Shown: positions 22,835 through 35,459 of the stretch, in pieces
Numbering within the stretch: the stretch's first letter is position 1
Layout of the letters: each line of letters begins with the position of its first letter
Assembly: GCA_946965045.2 (NCBI GenBank)
Contig: OX337234.1
Coordinates: forward strand, 1,240,001-1,304,000
DNA from: Epithemia pelagica
Taxonomy: Eukaryota > Protista > Bacillariophyta
Direction of reading: 5' to 3'
DNA: 64,000 bases
Translations under genes and position numbers: made by a program
Notes under the pieces: model-generated
Told to the model about the DNA's origin: nothing
The model's input: only the letters and a program-made list of their open reading frames with translations
The model's database searches: none

Positions 22835-23079
22835 GTAGGCAAGTTCATGTACCCCGATACGACCTTTCCAAGACGAGATCGACTTGATTTGGATCTTTCC
22901 ATTTTAGTCGCAGTTGTGAGCGCGACCGGAAGTTGTGGGCGCGCCGAAGAAAACGTGAGTTCCCACAGATACTCCATTCAACATTCCACAGTCCACACTC
23001 GCACGTCTCAAAAACGCACGACAACAAGAGGACAAAAGAGAGAGTGTGCGACAAACTCTGACAATCATCAAATCTAACC

Positions 23080-24210
23080 ATGGCAACATCCCCAGATCGC
23101 AACATTTTGCTACAGGAACTGTCCAATCTTCTTGGCTTTGAAGATGGAGCGTCGGATGTGCTTGAACATCTTTTGACAATTGAATCGAGTGAGGTAGGGT
23201 CGTTGCATTTTCTATCAGACGCATGTCTCGTGGTATAGAGTTTGTCATGGCATAGCCCACGATTGTCTCAGTCAAATTGGATGGATTCTATTTCTCTGTT
23301 GTGATAGGACTTGATGGATTACCTGTCCCAGCTTCTTGGATCTGGAAATGACAAGGTGAAACAGTTGGCGCAAGATATTTCCAAATTCCAAAAAGGAGAG
23401 AGTTTATCCACCCTCCCATCAACGGCAACCGACAATGTCGCCACAAGCGCTCCCCCCAAAGCGGAACCAACCTATCAAGTCACATCTGTTGGTAAGAAAA
23501 GCAACAAATCCAAAAAATCCAAAACACCTCCCCGTGCCCAACAACCAACAACATCCCGACCCGCTCCCAAGACTCCTCCACGGCCCAAACAAACCTTTCG
23601 GACCAAGGCTGGGATTCATACCAGTGGGGCTCAGCCGACATTCACTTCTGCCACTGCCACAGCACAACCAACACCAGCCGAAAGTGCCCCGCCACCACCA
23701 TTGGCAACTACCCACAACAACAAACCTCCTCCCAAATCTCGTCCCACACGAGGGACTCCCAAATTTGTCTGTGGTTGTTTTGGAACATTTCACAAACCCT
23801 TGGCCAACTGCTTATTGTAAGTAATATTATTTGGTTCCAATCAAACTCTCCTTTCTGCTCCTCACAGTCTGTCTGTCTTTGTGTTGCCACCTCAATATCA
23901 TTCCAGTTGCGGCCGGATTTCCTGTGAAAAGGAAGGCTACGACTATTGTCCCTTTTGTGGGTACCTCGTCGAACGCGTGGTCGGCGGAGGAAGCGATGCT
24001 GCCTCGAAACACAAGGAACGATTGTTGCGATTTGATCGTGAATATGCTCGACGCACTGTGGTATTGGACGACCAAGCCGATTACTTTACCCAACAATCCT
24101 TGAATTGGCTGGAATCCACAGAAGAAAGACAACGTCATTTGGATATGGAACAAGAGCGTTTGGAAAAGGCGGGACGGCACGGAAATATGACGTTGCAATT
24201 GAATCTCTAA
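23080..24210 (+). CDS. ASC-1/TRIP4-like C2HC5 zinc-finger protein, three exons (introns 23194-23307 and 23817-23906)
   Basis: Spliced CGCFGTFHKPLANCLFCGRISCEKEGYDYCPFCG followed by HKERLLRFDREYARRTVVLDDQADYF; GT-AG introns restore the frame. Confidence 0.88.
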
Positions 24211-25061
24211 GAGAAGCTTGAAGGAAAGGTACTTTTATCCACAGGTGGAAAAGACTACACCACGTGCATCATTGACTTGTATGAATCGTTCCGTTCAAAC
24301 GCAAAAGACTGCTCCCAGCTTTCATCATGCCCCCGGAAAAGAACAATAGATGCGCCCACCTCAATGGGTGTGTTGTACGACCCCGCAACGTGTTCTTGTG
24401 ATGTGGATCCAAAGGGTCTGGTTCTGCGAGGTATAACTCCTGAGTTGGCCAAGCAGTTGCCCAAAGTGCTCAAGGTTGAAGTGAAGGTGCCGAATGTACT
24501 CTCTGCAAACACTCCGCCTGGTTGATGCCATTCCATTTCGAACGCGCGTCCTGTACACCCACGATCTCCGCATTAGCCATGAACGCCCCTGCTTGTGACT
24601 TCTGGGTCTCTCTACTTGCTAATGTCACATGATCTATAGCTTTTGATTTCAAAATGATCCATCAATTGTGGACTTGCATCAATTGCCTGTGAGGTTCTCT
24701 TTGCTGAGTGCGCAGTACAGATACTCCCAGCGCCGTTGCCGACAGTCCACGTTGGCTCTGAGGGTTCTCCAGTGTCAACATCGGATCCTCTCTAGAGTTC
24801 ACCTCTGTCCCCTTCAGATTCATAGGAATCTCGCTGGTCGTCTCCCTATCACCAGCGTGGAACTACTGCCACGTTCGAATCAGACACCACGATCTCGTTA
24901 CATTGTCGTAATGAGTTTAGTACATACATTAATTGAAGTCTTATATATGTGTGTGATGGGGTCGTTGCTGCAGGTTCACATCAAGTACCAGGTCAGAGGA
25001 AATCTTCGTGTCCAATTCAACTTGTTCTGGGCCTTTGGGTTTCCCTCGACTGGGTAGTTAG

Positions 25062-25268
25062 TTAGTTGGCCGAGGCCGTCGGTCTTGCAGCGTCACCGGC
25101 CATGGCCGTGAGCCACTTTTGAGCATATCCTTGTCCACCTTCGGCTTCAAAATGGGTACCTTCGGGACGAAGCTCTCGATCGGCCACCAAAAAGTGAGTC
25201 GAAGTCTTCTCGGATTCTTCTTGGGGCTTGGTTTCTTGTGTTGTCTTGGTTTCCTTGGGATCCGACAT
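25062..25268 (-). CDS. Small hypothetical protein (68 aa)
   Basis: ATG-initiated ORF with protein-like composition (MSDPKETK...HFLVADRELRPEGTHFEAEGGQGYAQKW); no domain recognised. Confidence 0.35.
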   Translation of the reverse strand: MSDPKETKTTQETKPQEESEKTSTHFLVADRELRPEGTHFEAEGGQGYAQKWLTAMAGDAARPTASAN

Positions 25269-25562
25269 GATGAAAAGGGTGTGTGTGTGACTGTGCGCTT
25301 TGGATCTTGTCGATATGAGCTTTACTGGATGGTTTTGTGCTATTTTATGAACACAGTGAGGCCCGAGGCCAAGTGATTGTTCGCAATGGTGCCCGATCTT
25401 TTTCGGTTTTGACAGTTGACAGGTTCGTGTCTTGAGTCGTGGGGTGATGTTCCGGATTCTTCTTGGGCTTGGGGGATGATGAATTCCATGGAGAGTGATC
25501 GCTAGAAAGTAATATCAATCGGTCGAAATCATGCTCTTGATAATACCAGTAAAACAAACCAG

Positions 25563-27091
25563 TCATGGGGGAGATAGGGAGGAGAAAACAAAGAAACACT
25601 CCAGCGCGTCAATATCAAAGAAGCAAATGAGAACTTTGAAAGGGAATATCCATGCCACAGATCTCTCTCTGGCGTCAACGAGGACGTGTTCTTCACCAAG
25701 AGCGATCCAAGAAAATCCAGCTCCATGGGACAACAGGATGATGTGATTCCGGTGCAACACGGGCACGAGATGACAAACTCGTCATTTGTGCTTGATTGAG
25801 ACTGGGTCTCAGTAGCACCCACCCAACGCAAGGGCAATCGGCCTCCTTTGTTCCAGTGCCACTCGTCCCTGGGAATGCCCTGTATCAGAGCTTGTCACTG
25901 TTTTCTTTTTTTTTCAGCAACAACATTGAAGCGGCCATGGTGATAGTTTCACTACCGTCAACAATTCTTCATTGGCTGTGTCATGAGGAGAAGTAGCTGA
26001 GAGACATCGGCAGTAGAATGATGCAACTTTGTATCCCAAGAGGAGGCATAAAAGACTTCATAGGCCATTGAAGCAGTTTCAATTGCTTTTGGTGCAGCAG
26101 CAATCTGGCCCTTTCCACTTTCTTCAACAACAGCAAGAGTGTTTTGGAATCGCGGAGGGCCGACAGAAACCAGTAACCGTCCCATTTGGCGTGGTTGAAA
26201 AGGACCTTTCCTGTCTTGTGTCGATGTGCTTTGGGGCATGGCCGTCGCCTTGTACGGCCGAAGAGGATCTTGGGCACGAAGCACGTGCTCGACACGTTTG
26301 GCTCGAATGTTAGCCGTTCGCGCAATGCGGTCACAGAATGGCGTTAGAAGCATTTTGGCTTTGCGACGAACTTCGAAAGTACGAGGACCTTCCTGACGCT
26401 GATCACCACTCGCAGCAAAGCCATTTGCCCTTTCGTGAGCCACACGTGTGTGTAGAGCGGCGACACATTCCTTCTTGGAATGAGGAACTTGTTGTGTATG
26501 GTAAACGTAGAATCGAGGAGCTAGATGTTCCATGTCCGAGTTATTGGCATTGTTCAAGTTTCCTCCCACGAAAAGGAATCTCGCCGACTCTGGATGATTG
26601 AAAAGGGCTTTTGAAGAGCTTTGAGGGGCGACACTTAGCATGTCGTTCGTTTCCTGCGGCGTTTGGGTTGGGAATGAACTCGTCGTTCAACAAAATGACT
26701 AGTTTCTTCTCCCAGGTACCTCAAATCCACCGAGTTGGAGCTTGTCTTGCGTTGATAGGGGTTGGCCGTCATGAAAGCTTTCCAAAACTGCCTCAGTCAA
26801 TGGCAATGGATCGTTGTACCGACAATAGTTCTGGACACTGGAGAAGGTAGCAAGACCCCTCTAACGCTCAGCTTGTTGGGACCGCTCATTTTGTGCTACT
26901 ACATCAATCAAATGAAATGTACGCTTGGTTCCGTGTGTCGTTTTTGCATTTGGCCTGGCTTTCGATTTTTTGTTCCCGCGTTTTTTGGTAATGACGTTTT
27001 GTACTTCAGATTCAATTGAATCCCCAATACACAACTGAAACTCCTTACTCGTAGCAGAAAGTTTGTGTAGCCATGCTATGACACATATCAT
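25563..27091 (-). pseudogene. Fragmented coding remnant, possibly glycosyltransferase-61-like
   Basis: 227-aa central ORF (25958-26641) with flanking fragments in other frames; HIILLSHGAGFSW resembles the GT61 IxxHGAGL motif. Confidence 0.25.
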
Positions 27092-27402
27092 ACGTCCTGG
27101 TTCAATTTCGCGATCCGAGAGATAGGCTTTGCTTCGTGCGACCGTCGCAGGAGGAGAAGCTGTGCGACTTGCGAAGAACAGTATGGATACTCCCTAGCTC
27201 AATGATGAGTCCTGGTTGGTGTGATTTTCCTTATTCATTCAAGAGAATGACTCATAATTACGCTAGGGCGTATATGTCCATGCTCCGCGTACTCGCGGAT
27301 CTTTTTTCAGACGTGTTCCATGTGTTTTTCAGTCGCGTTCATCTTTTCGCTCTCGAGAGGAGAATAGTTTCTACTCCTCATAGTTCTGAGACATTGATTG
27401 AT

Positions 27403-28878
27403 ATGGTAGTGAAGTTCCTGTTGGCAAAAGACTTGCTTGATGAGCACATGACCTCATGGCCTGACCATGATAATGTACCGAACAACGAGATCGATCTCGG
27501 TATGATCACCAAAATTTCCATGTTGACCGAATCGCTGGCGAATGGCAAGAAAAAGTGTTTGTTTGTGAGTCATCGATGGCTGAGCAAAGATCACCCTGAT
27601 CCTGAAGGAGTGCAGCTTCAAGCGGTACGGAATTACCTGTCGGTATGCGTGCAAGATGTGGAGGACTGGGTCGTTTTTTATGACTACAGCAGTCTACGAC
27701 AAAATCCACAAACACCGGCCCAAGTGGAACAAAGACGCCGAGAGCTCGAGTCCATGACTCACATCATACTGAAAAGCCAAGTGCTGGTTTTACAAACAGC
27801 GGACTATTACGAAAGGGCATGGTGTTTCTCTGAAAGCATCCTTCATGGGGAATCCGATCTGCCCCTAGTCGTTATGGGAGAGGAAGCCTCGGTCCAACAA
27901 ACAAAAGCAGCCGACGACCTACGAATTGTCTTTTCCAACTGGGCCTGGGCCAACAATGAAGATACCACGTTTAATACCCTTTCTAGCCATGGCAATTCTG
28001 GCTACATGCTGTATTGACAAGGCTGGTCCAACAAAGTTCGTATAGGCCGACACGATGGGCCAATTTTGCGGACCGTCCAATTTGAGTCTCGTGACAATCT
28101 ACTCGCCTTTTTGGCCCGCGATCGTAGCGAATTGGACCGTATTGTTGGACCGCTCAAAGTGACTTGTGGAAGTGATTTGGACCGTATCAAGGCCTTGATG
28201 TTTCACACATTTCGGTATGTAGACTGGGGAAAGCTGCAAGTGTCGTTTCACGATCCGACCAAGCTGCATTGTATTGAAAAGTTCAATCCCAGGAATGAAC
28301 ATACCTGGAAACTCGAAAAGAAAAGGAAACGCCAATCACTATCGTACAAGGACGCCGAGGATCAAGTATGGAAGGCACTGAAGCTTGTATCTGGGCGCAT
28401 GAAACCGGTAGAGGGTATTGACCTTCTTCAGGAGCTCCTTGGCTCGAATGCGTTGGACCCCTTTCCGCATTTGCTGGCATGTGCACGCTTTGAACGAGCA
28501 CGGGCAGATTTCAACATGTATGGTACATTGAACAAATCGCTAATTGATGAGAAAGCCTTGCAAAAGGCAGTGGATGCAAACTGCATCCCTGCTTGTATTT
28601 GCTTGGGCCGTTTGTACTGTGGATTTTCCTGTCCTGGACTCCCTCGTGCGTTTGGGTGTGGGTTCCGCAACGAACAGGCAACCGATCTATTTGCACGTGC
28701 AGCCCGCGCGGGGACTCGCATTGGTATAGAATGCTTGGACACGAACCTTTACTGCAACGTTGGAGTCGAACCCAATTCGTCCAGGGAACAGGAACTCCGA
28801 CAAGTGCTCCATAGAGGACTGGAAAAAGCTCGCAAGCTCGGAAAGGTTGCATTCGTGAAAACCCTACACAATGTGTAG
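27403..28878 (+). pseudogene. HET-like domain plus SEL1-like repeat gene with one in-frame TGA (28015-28017)
   Basis: LFVSHRWLSKDHPDP, VFYDYSSLRQ, DYYERAWCFSE are HET (PF06985-like) motifs. The same frame continues past the TGA into GSDLDRI and KAVDANCIPACICLGRLY...ATDLFARAARAG (SEL1-like). Confidence 0.72.
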
Positions 28879-29038
28879 TGAACACTGGAGTAAGAATGAA
28901 GAACGAGTCTCACCAGAAGGGTAGGAACAAAGCAGACCTGAACTCGAGACAATTCGGACCTTGCTAGTGATAAAGCTGAGCAATATCTCGGTCTGGTTCC
29001 TGAATATAAATGTTTCCTTGTCCGTGTCTTACCCTCTC

Positions 29039-32000
29039 TTACAGCGTCTTGTAGATCGGAGTCAAAGTGATCTCCTTGATGGCAATCCCAAACTGTTTGA
29101 AAGCACGTGTGATCGACATGGTCGTTCGAGAGGCCAAATCGAGTGTAATCAAGACAGGTTCCGTCGTTTGCCACTCGCCTTTGGTGTAGGGAAGCGAAAC
29201 GTTGTAGGATTGGTTCTGCGATTCCAGTGCACTAACCAATGTGACTTGCAAATCTGTTTCCGCCCGGTGTACGGTGCACACGCAGAAACAGAGTTGCCAC
29301 TGATTGGGAATACAATCACCATCTCGAGGAACCAAACCCGATGCCAACAATGCCGGTGTCAGGACATAGGTCAAAACACCGTCTCCCTGCAAAAACATTT
29401 GCCGTCCCCCAGCAAAGCACGAATGGAAATGAACGTTGGAGGTGGAGTTAGTGGGATCACTGCAGGAGTCGGACGGCAGTGTTAACCGAGTTTTGTCAGC
29501 GTCCCAGCTAGGGACGCCTGGAGTAGGCTCAGGTTGTTGTCTCATTCTTTCGATTCAAGAAATGACCTTTGAAACCTCCTGTGGTTCTTGGAGTGTATTG
29601 GTCTTGTCGCCCAACGCCGTACACGTGACATTGGATGCTGCCAGAATTTGACTCTGAAAGAGGGCAAGGGCCGACCAAGGTTCTGAAACTGAAGGTTCGC
29701 TCCAGCGATTGACAGACTGACCCTTTTCTCCGTTTTTGAACGCAACCCATCGAAGTCGTTGCACCCGTTGCTGATAGATTGGGGATGATCCACACTCCCT
29801 TCGAGCATTCGTTTCCAACTTAAAATTTACTCCACCTCGTCCATCCCAGAAACTCTTGTGCCATCCCGCTCCCAGGCATACTACCCATTCATCTTTGGTC
29901 CACCGAGTCATGGCGGCATGGCCTGGTTGTCGACATCCCCACATCGGGATTCCAAACGCTGCAGCAAAACACGGTTAGAGCACCCAAATTGACTCCAAGA
30001 ACCAAGCCCGTACTTGGACTCACCTTTGCAGATAAAGCGACCGAACCACGCGCGTGGTCCGCATTTTCCACCTCCGCTGAGAATTTGATCGTACGACTTT
30101 GTGTCCTTGTACCAATCGGGAGCTTTATAGGCAACATCGGATTTCACAATAAACCAGTATCGCCAGGCAGGTCCCCGGGAAAGGATCAGGTCTGGCCGGT
30201 AATTCATGAGACAATGTCGTCCCCACGATAGCTCATCATGACTGGCATCCGAATTGACCGTCATGCGAAGGTCCCAAACTGTTAAGGTGGAAAAAGCAGG
30301 GTCCAGTTCTCCCATCAAATAGGCCTGCTTGTAGTGGACATATCGCTGAATGGGATCGATCGGCGTCTTGGTTCCAAATAAAACATAATCCATATTAGCG
30401 AACTCGAGTGCGACCGCCATGGCCAACCGCCGAAGAACGGGATTTTCGGGCACTCCAATCTCAAGATAAATCTTTAAAAAATTGCGGTAAGTGCCACCTC
30501 GAGGACCGCCTTCTCGGACAATCTCCTTCAAAAAGGCGGGAGATTGCAACATGGCGACAAGATCCGATGCCATGGCATTGGATTCTTGTTGACACCACTC
30601 TACCCATTGTTGGGGTTTTGCCGATTTCAGAACCTTCCAAGTGACCTAATCTTGGTCGTTGTAACTGGAATGCAAAAAGGTTTGAAATTTGGGGGATTGT
30701 AGCAACGACTGGGCCACGGCCTGACAGTGAGACCGCGATTCTTGTACTTCCTTCGCGGCAGTCTCACAGGCCTCCTCCAGGGATTCAAAGTCACTGGGCA
30801 ATGAGGATTGCTGCTTTGAGGCATTGTCGCGCGCTTTCTGTACTCGCTCGAGTTCATCCTTGGAGCGTTGATACGATTGTAGCGTCGCTTTCCAGACATC
30901 TTCGTCCAACATGGGTGCTGTGGTACAATGATCCAAGTCTTGGATCCAACTTTGAAAGTATTCAATGGAAATCGGTATGACTACCTCGCTCTTACCATGA
31001 TCATCGACCAAGCTGCTCGCATCTTGGCTTTCTTGATTCGTGACGGTCATGTTGTTCTGGTTGGCATTGTCGTTCGGTGGAGATTGGTCAGCACCAAGTA
31101 CTACCTCCCCCAAAGTGTCGGTCTTTTCACCAGGACTTGGATCGTTTTCGCTGCCCGTAGGAGTGAGTTCTTCATGATGGCTGTGACAATATTCATGGTC
31201 CCCGTTGTCATCATTCTCATCTACCGAGTTGGTGTTGTTTGCAATGTTGACTTCTCCTGGAATGCCACTTGCTTCTGTCATTTCTTTTGGATGAGTATCC
31301 TTGTCATTCCGTGTGGAGTCATGGTTTGGTTCCTGGTCGGCAATCGTGGAATCTCTTGCATTCATGGTAGGAATAGTGGAATCTTGGGCATTCCTAGCAG
31401 CTTCATCTTGGCTGTTGCCATTATTATTATTGCAATCCTTGGACTGTTCCTTGTTTTCGTGGTTGGTTGCCTTGGCCAAGGTCGTTCCCAATAGTTTACT
31501 GGCCTTGCGTACGCCTCGGCGAATGGTACGATCCATTTTTTGACCCAGAATACGAGACGTTGTGAATGTTGTTCCACTACCACCACCAATGACCGTGTCT
31601 TTTACCATGGCTTCAACAGATACATTCTTTTGTTGATGCTTGTGGAACCTTGTTTCCTCAGTTTCCTCTGGTTTCTCCTCCGGTTGGAGAGAGACACTGT
31701 TCTGTTCCAGCAGCAAGGCATGATCAGACGACGATACACCGGTCGTTTCCGGTGTCGCAGAGCAATCATCCTCCACAAGTGGTTGGTTGAAAGGAGAGTG
31801 TGTCTTGGTGGAGTCCACGACGCCCTCGGTCAAGGTGGTTGATTCTGGATCGGGACATGCAATGGGAAGATTCGTGCGTGTAGTTTCGCTTGTTGATACT
31901 GGTGGGCTGGTCGTTGCGTCGGCTTCCTCTGAATTGGTGGAGGAGGAGACGGCGGTGGTGGTGTGCGTTCCCTCCATCCCGGATAGCTGTTGGTTGTTTT

Positions 32001-32223
32001 GTTTGTTGGTGGGAGGTTCTTGTTCTTCTTTGGACGATGTAGTTGTGGTTGAATTCCAAAGTTTGTTGGCTTTTCGAACACCCTTTCGAATCGTTCTTTT
32101 GATACCTTTGCCAATCAACGTTGGCTGCTGGACCGATTTCTCCACAACCTTGAAACTGTCCCGAAGGAATCCCTTACCGGCCGTGTCCATGATGACGACA
32201 ATGAGGAGGAATAAGATGATCAA
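29039..32223 (-). pseudogene. Large gene with transglutaminase-like core; in-frame stops at 30646 (TAG) and 29555 (TGA); intron 29959-30023
   Basis: ORFs 30646-32223, 29908-30573, 29555-29944 and 29039-29545 join in frame across the two stops and one GT-AG intron; core GGKCGPRAWFGRFICKAFGIPMWGCRQPGHAAM. Confidence 0.72.
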
Positions 32224-33375
32224 ATTTCGTATCGTTGTTCGTTGGTTGTCTCTCCAAGACTGTAACTTGTGTCGCCCGCGAATGTGTGAAGATATCCTGA
32301 TTACTGGGAATGCCTACTCCAACTGCGCAATGTTCTAATTTCTGATGCTAACAGGGAGAACGCGCACAATGAGAGAGAAGTGAAGAGACCATTGTCACGA
32401 TTTAAGGTTACCCATCACTTACTTTCAAGCGGTTATAAGGGAGTCGTGTTTTGATCGTGTATTAATGGTCCTTTACCTGCTGTAATAATGGAATCAAAAA
32501 CTCCCTACGGACGGTGAAAAATGACACGCTAGAGAGCGTAACCCATTCACGATCAGAATGTCCCGATGATGGCTACCCACCAACACGAGACTCCTACAAT
32601 CTATTGCTACCTCTCTAGCTAGGAGTACCTAGGAGTTCTCGTCCGCTTCCTTGACGCCACGTCCCAGAACAAAATGTTGTGTACAATAGTACGCGTCCCG
32701 CCACCACAGAATCCATATGGAACAATTTTGGTGAGGATGCTGTGCCCCCATGGCGTAGATGGACCGGCATGTCGACAAGGTCCAGAATCCATGGCACGCC
32801 ATGGGGACGACTTGTCGATCCACGGCTATTCAAAACTAAAGCACACTGGAAAGCGACCCAGAGTTCCTGGACACGCGTATGTGGTTGTCTCTTGCACACA
32901 CCGCATTGCGCACCAAGACCACCGAAACCAAGGACAGGAATGGTACATTTAGTATCAATGATCTTCACCTGGTTTGGGGCTCATAATGGCACATTCTTCA
33001 TTCTACCGAGCATCAGTGTATCGAACACACTCCGAAGCTACTCCCATTAACACAGAGTCAACGTCCGAAAGTAAGGAGAACTGTAACGAACGAAACATTC
33101 CCGCCATAAATTTCACTTCATGTGCTATGCGGAGCATCGCTTGGAGTACCAACGCTTGGACAAGGAATCAACCACAGAGCCCACAATAAGAAAGTTGTCC
33201 AAAGCAACTCGTATTGTCTTCAGCCTACTAGTACAACGCACAGCCAACTTGTTGCAAAGAGCTTGATCACCTCGGTTGCCTCAAGTTGCCTCCTTATCCG
33301 AAGTTATCGTGAATTTAGTATACGCTGAGTTCAGCACAACGACCAGAATGGTACCGCTGGTAACCCTTTGAGGTA

Positions 33376-35058
33376 TTGCAGCATCCAAGTCACATACTAC
33401 TCTCTATCCATCCTTGCGGCGGAATGTCGCGTTTCTTCTCTACCGCTTCTGCCCCTGGCTATCTCCAAAACGAACTGTTATACGAAAGAAAGCCAGTTAC
33501 CGACCTTTGGAAGAAGCTCACCGCCGTTGCCAAGGCGCAGTGGAAGTGGAGAGCGACAACAAATGTCTTTATGAGTTCCAAAAAGCGAGTCCTTCAAGTT
33601 CGTGGTCCTCCTGGCACCGGCACGTCCAGCGCAACTTTCTCTTGGGTTTACAACGTTTGTACAATGAGAGATGGCGTTGCGAATGTGAATCTGAATGCCT
33701 TGTGGATAAATTGTGACAGGACGAGACAAGAGTCTAAATGCTGGTCGATCGCCAGAGATGAACAGGGGACAGCAGTTCAAGTATCTGAAATGCCCACAGT
33801 CCCCAGAAATGCCGCTGACACAGCTGCCTCCTACCATATCGTCGTTTTTGACGGAGTTCGAAAAGCAACGCTAGAAGATTGGCGCGGTTTTTTGAGTGGT
33901 CTGGCGAGACACGGTGTTTTTGTCGTCTTCGTCTCATCCGAGGGCGTTCGGATGCATCAAGGTGATTCCGACGATCTTCTCCATCTGGATCATTTTGTGT
34001 CTTCCTGGACCATGGATGAATATGTTGCAGCTTGCAGCTCGGACCAGTTTTGGTCAAACTGCTGCGAATTCTTTGAGACTGCGTCCGACACCGACAGTTA
34101 CGAAAGACGAAAGGAGTTGCTTGAAGAGAAATTCTACGTGTCAGGGCAAAGTGCCCGCTACATGTTCGGCTTGGAGAGCGACGATGTGAGAAATAGGATT
34201 GCTACGAATGCTCGATTTATGGGAGGGATTAGTGCCCTTGAAGACGCTGCGAGATCCGATCGAAGCTCTGGTGCTGTGAACTCGCTAATCGCTCGCACAC
34301 GTGAAGGTTCCAATGGGGTCACTCCACGAGATCACGCCCTTCTTCCGACTTTGGCAGAATTGGTACCCCCCGGGGCGACTAGGCGTGATGAATTGCGGCC
34401 ACTTCCAGAGGAGCGAGACCCGTTGGAACCAGAAAAGGTTGCACGACTTGTCAGTTCTTTTGCTTCCGAAAAAGTTGTCAAGCAGCTCCCAAGCAGTATC
34501 GCAAGATTACGAAGCGTCGCCAAAGCTCTTCAAAACAAGGTAATTGAGGGATATGCTTTGGAGGAACAAGTCAAGAAAAGTTTGAACGAAGCCAGGAACC
34601 CCGGGGTCGGTCTGACCATCCTGATCAATGGTCAGATGGCCACTCTCCCCGTTGCAAATTTCTTGGAATGCACGAAAGATGAACTTGAATCTATGCTAGC
34701 TGAGAGTCATCCTAGGGACACGTGGATTTTTGTGGGTGGACAGCAGGGAGCCTTTGATGCGGTCCATGTGGTCTCACGTGACTACATTCGTTTCGTTCAA
34801 ACTACAGCGGGTGCCACGCACAAATTCTATTTGGATATCATTGATACCATGCTGGCCAAACTTGCAACTAACCATCAAATTCATTGGCAGCATATTGAAG
34901 TCATGGTGATGCGTCCAAGCGATGACCACCGAAAATTTGCACTTCAGGCTGCCCGAGGAAGTTTGGCTGGCTTTACTCGCTTTGATGAAAAGCCGTGGGA
35001 TCGATCCAACGGTGAGAGAGACAATGTGGTGTACTCCCGTCTTTACTGGAGTGATTGA
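33376..35058 (+). CDS. Crinkler/RHS-like P-loop NTPase plus restriction-endonuclease-like protein
   Basis: VRGPPGTGTS (Walker A, K replaced by T), HIVVFDG (Walker B), KFYVSGQSARYMF, C-terminal FDAVHV...RFVQTTAGATHKF (PD-(D/E)xK-like). Confidence 0.75.
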   Translation: MQHPSHILLSIHPCGGMSRFFSTASAPGYLQNELLYERKPVTDLWKKLTAVAKAQWKWRATTNVFMSSKKRVLQVRGPPGTGTSSATFSWVYNVCTMRDGVANVNLNALWINCDRTRQESKCWSIARDEQGTAVQVSEMPTVPRNAADTAASYHIVVFDGVRKATLEDWRGFLSGLARHGVFVVFVSSEGVRMHQGDSDDLLHLDHFVSSWTMDEYVAACSSDQFWSNCCEFFETASDTDSYERRKELLEEKFYVSGQSARYMFGLESDDVRNRIATNARFMGGISALEDAARSDRSSGAVNSLIARTREGSNGVTPRDHALLPTLAELVPPGATRRDELRPLPEERDPLEPEKVARLVSSFASEKVVKQLPSSIARLRSVAKALQNKVIEGYALEEQVKKSLNEARNPGVGLTILINGQMATLPVANFLECTKDELESMLAESHPRDTWIFVGGQQGAFDAVHVVSRDYIRFVQTTAGATHKFYLDIIDTMLAKLATNHQIHWQHIEVMVMRPSDDHRKFALQAARGSLAGFTRFDEKPWDRSNGERDNVVYSRLYWSD

Positions 35059-35127
35059 TCAAGTGACATTTTGTAGAGCTGCTAGTCTAGGCAACGAAAC
35101 AGCTCATCTACAGTACGGCAGCGACTT

Positions 35128-35330
35128 GTGATGAATCGACGACCGAATGCATCATGCTCTGAGTACTTCTCCCCGTACTCGGAGTACTCCATAATGACCT
35201 GTGCCAGAACCAAAAAGTGTTCTCGTGACGGCTACCGATCCAGAGGAACACGACGATTGGTACGTGGTCCAGCGTGTGCCGTTGCGTCTGTTCAATCTTG
35301 TCATTTGTAAACAACTCCTATGATAAGAAA
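35128..35330 (-). pseudogene. Degenerate copy of the 3' part of the flavin-reductase-like gene
   Basis: AACCAAAAAGTGTT...GGCT.CCGATCCAGAG.AACACGA is shared with about 36488-36545. Confidence 0.55.
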
Positions 35331-35459
35331 TCACCCACCCATGAAGGCGGAGATGACAGAAAACCTCCTCCAGATGTTTCCCATTCCGGCAACTTACGAT
35401 CACCAGACAAGTAGTCAAAAATCAGAAATATTGCAGCAATTTACATTCTTCATATTCTA

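Noticed and set aside
24255-25057. Coding region between the zinc-finger gene and the 68-aa ORF
   Set aside because: Protein-like fragments on both strands, but no consistent frame, splice model or domain.
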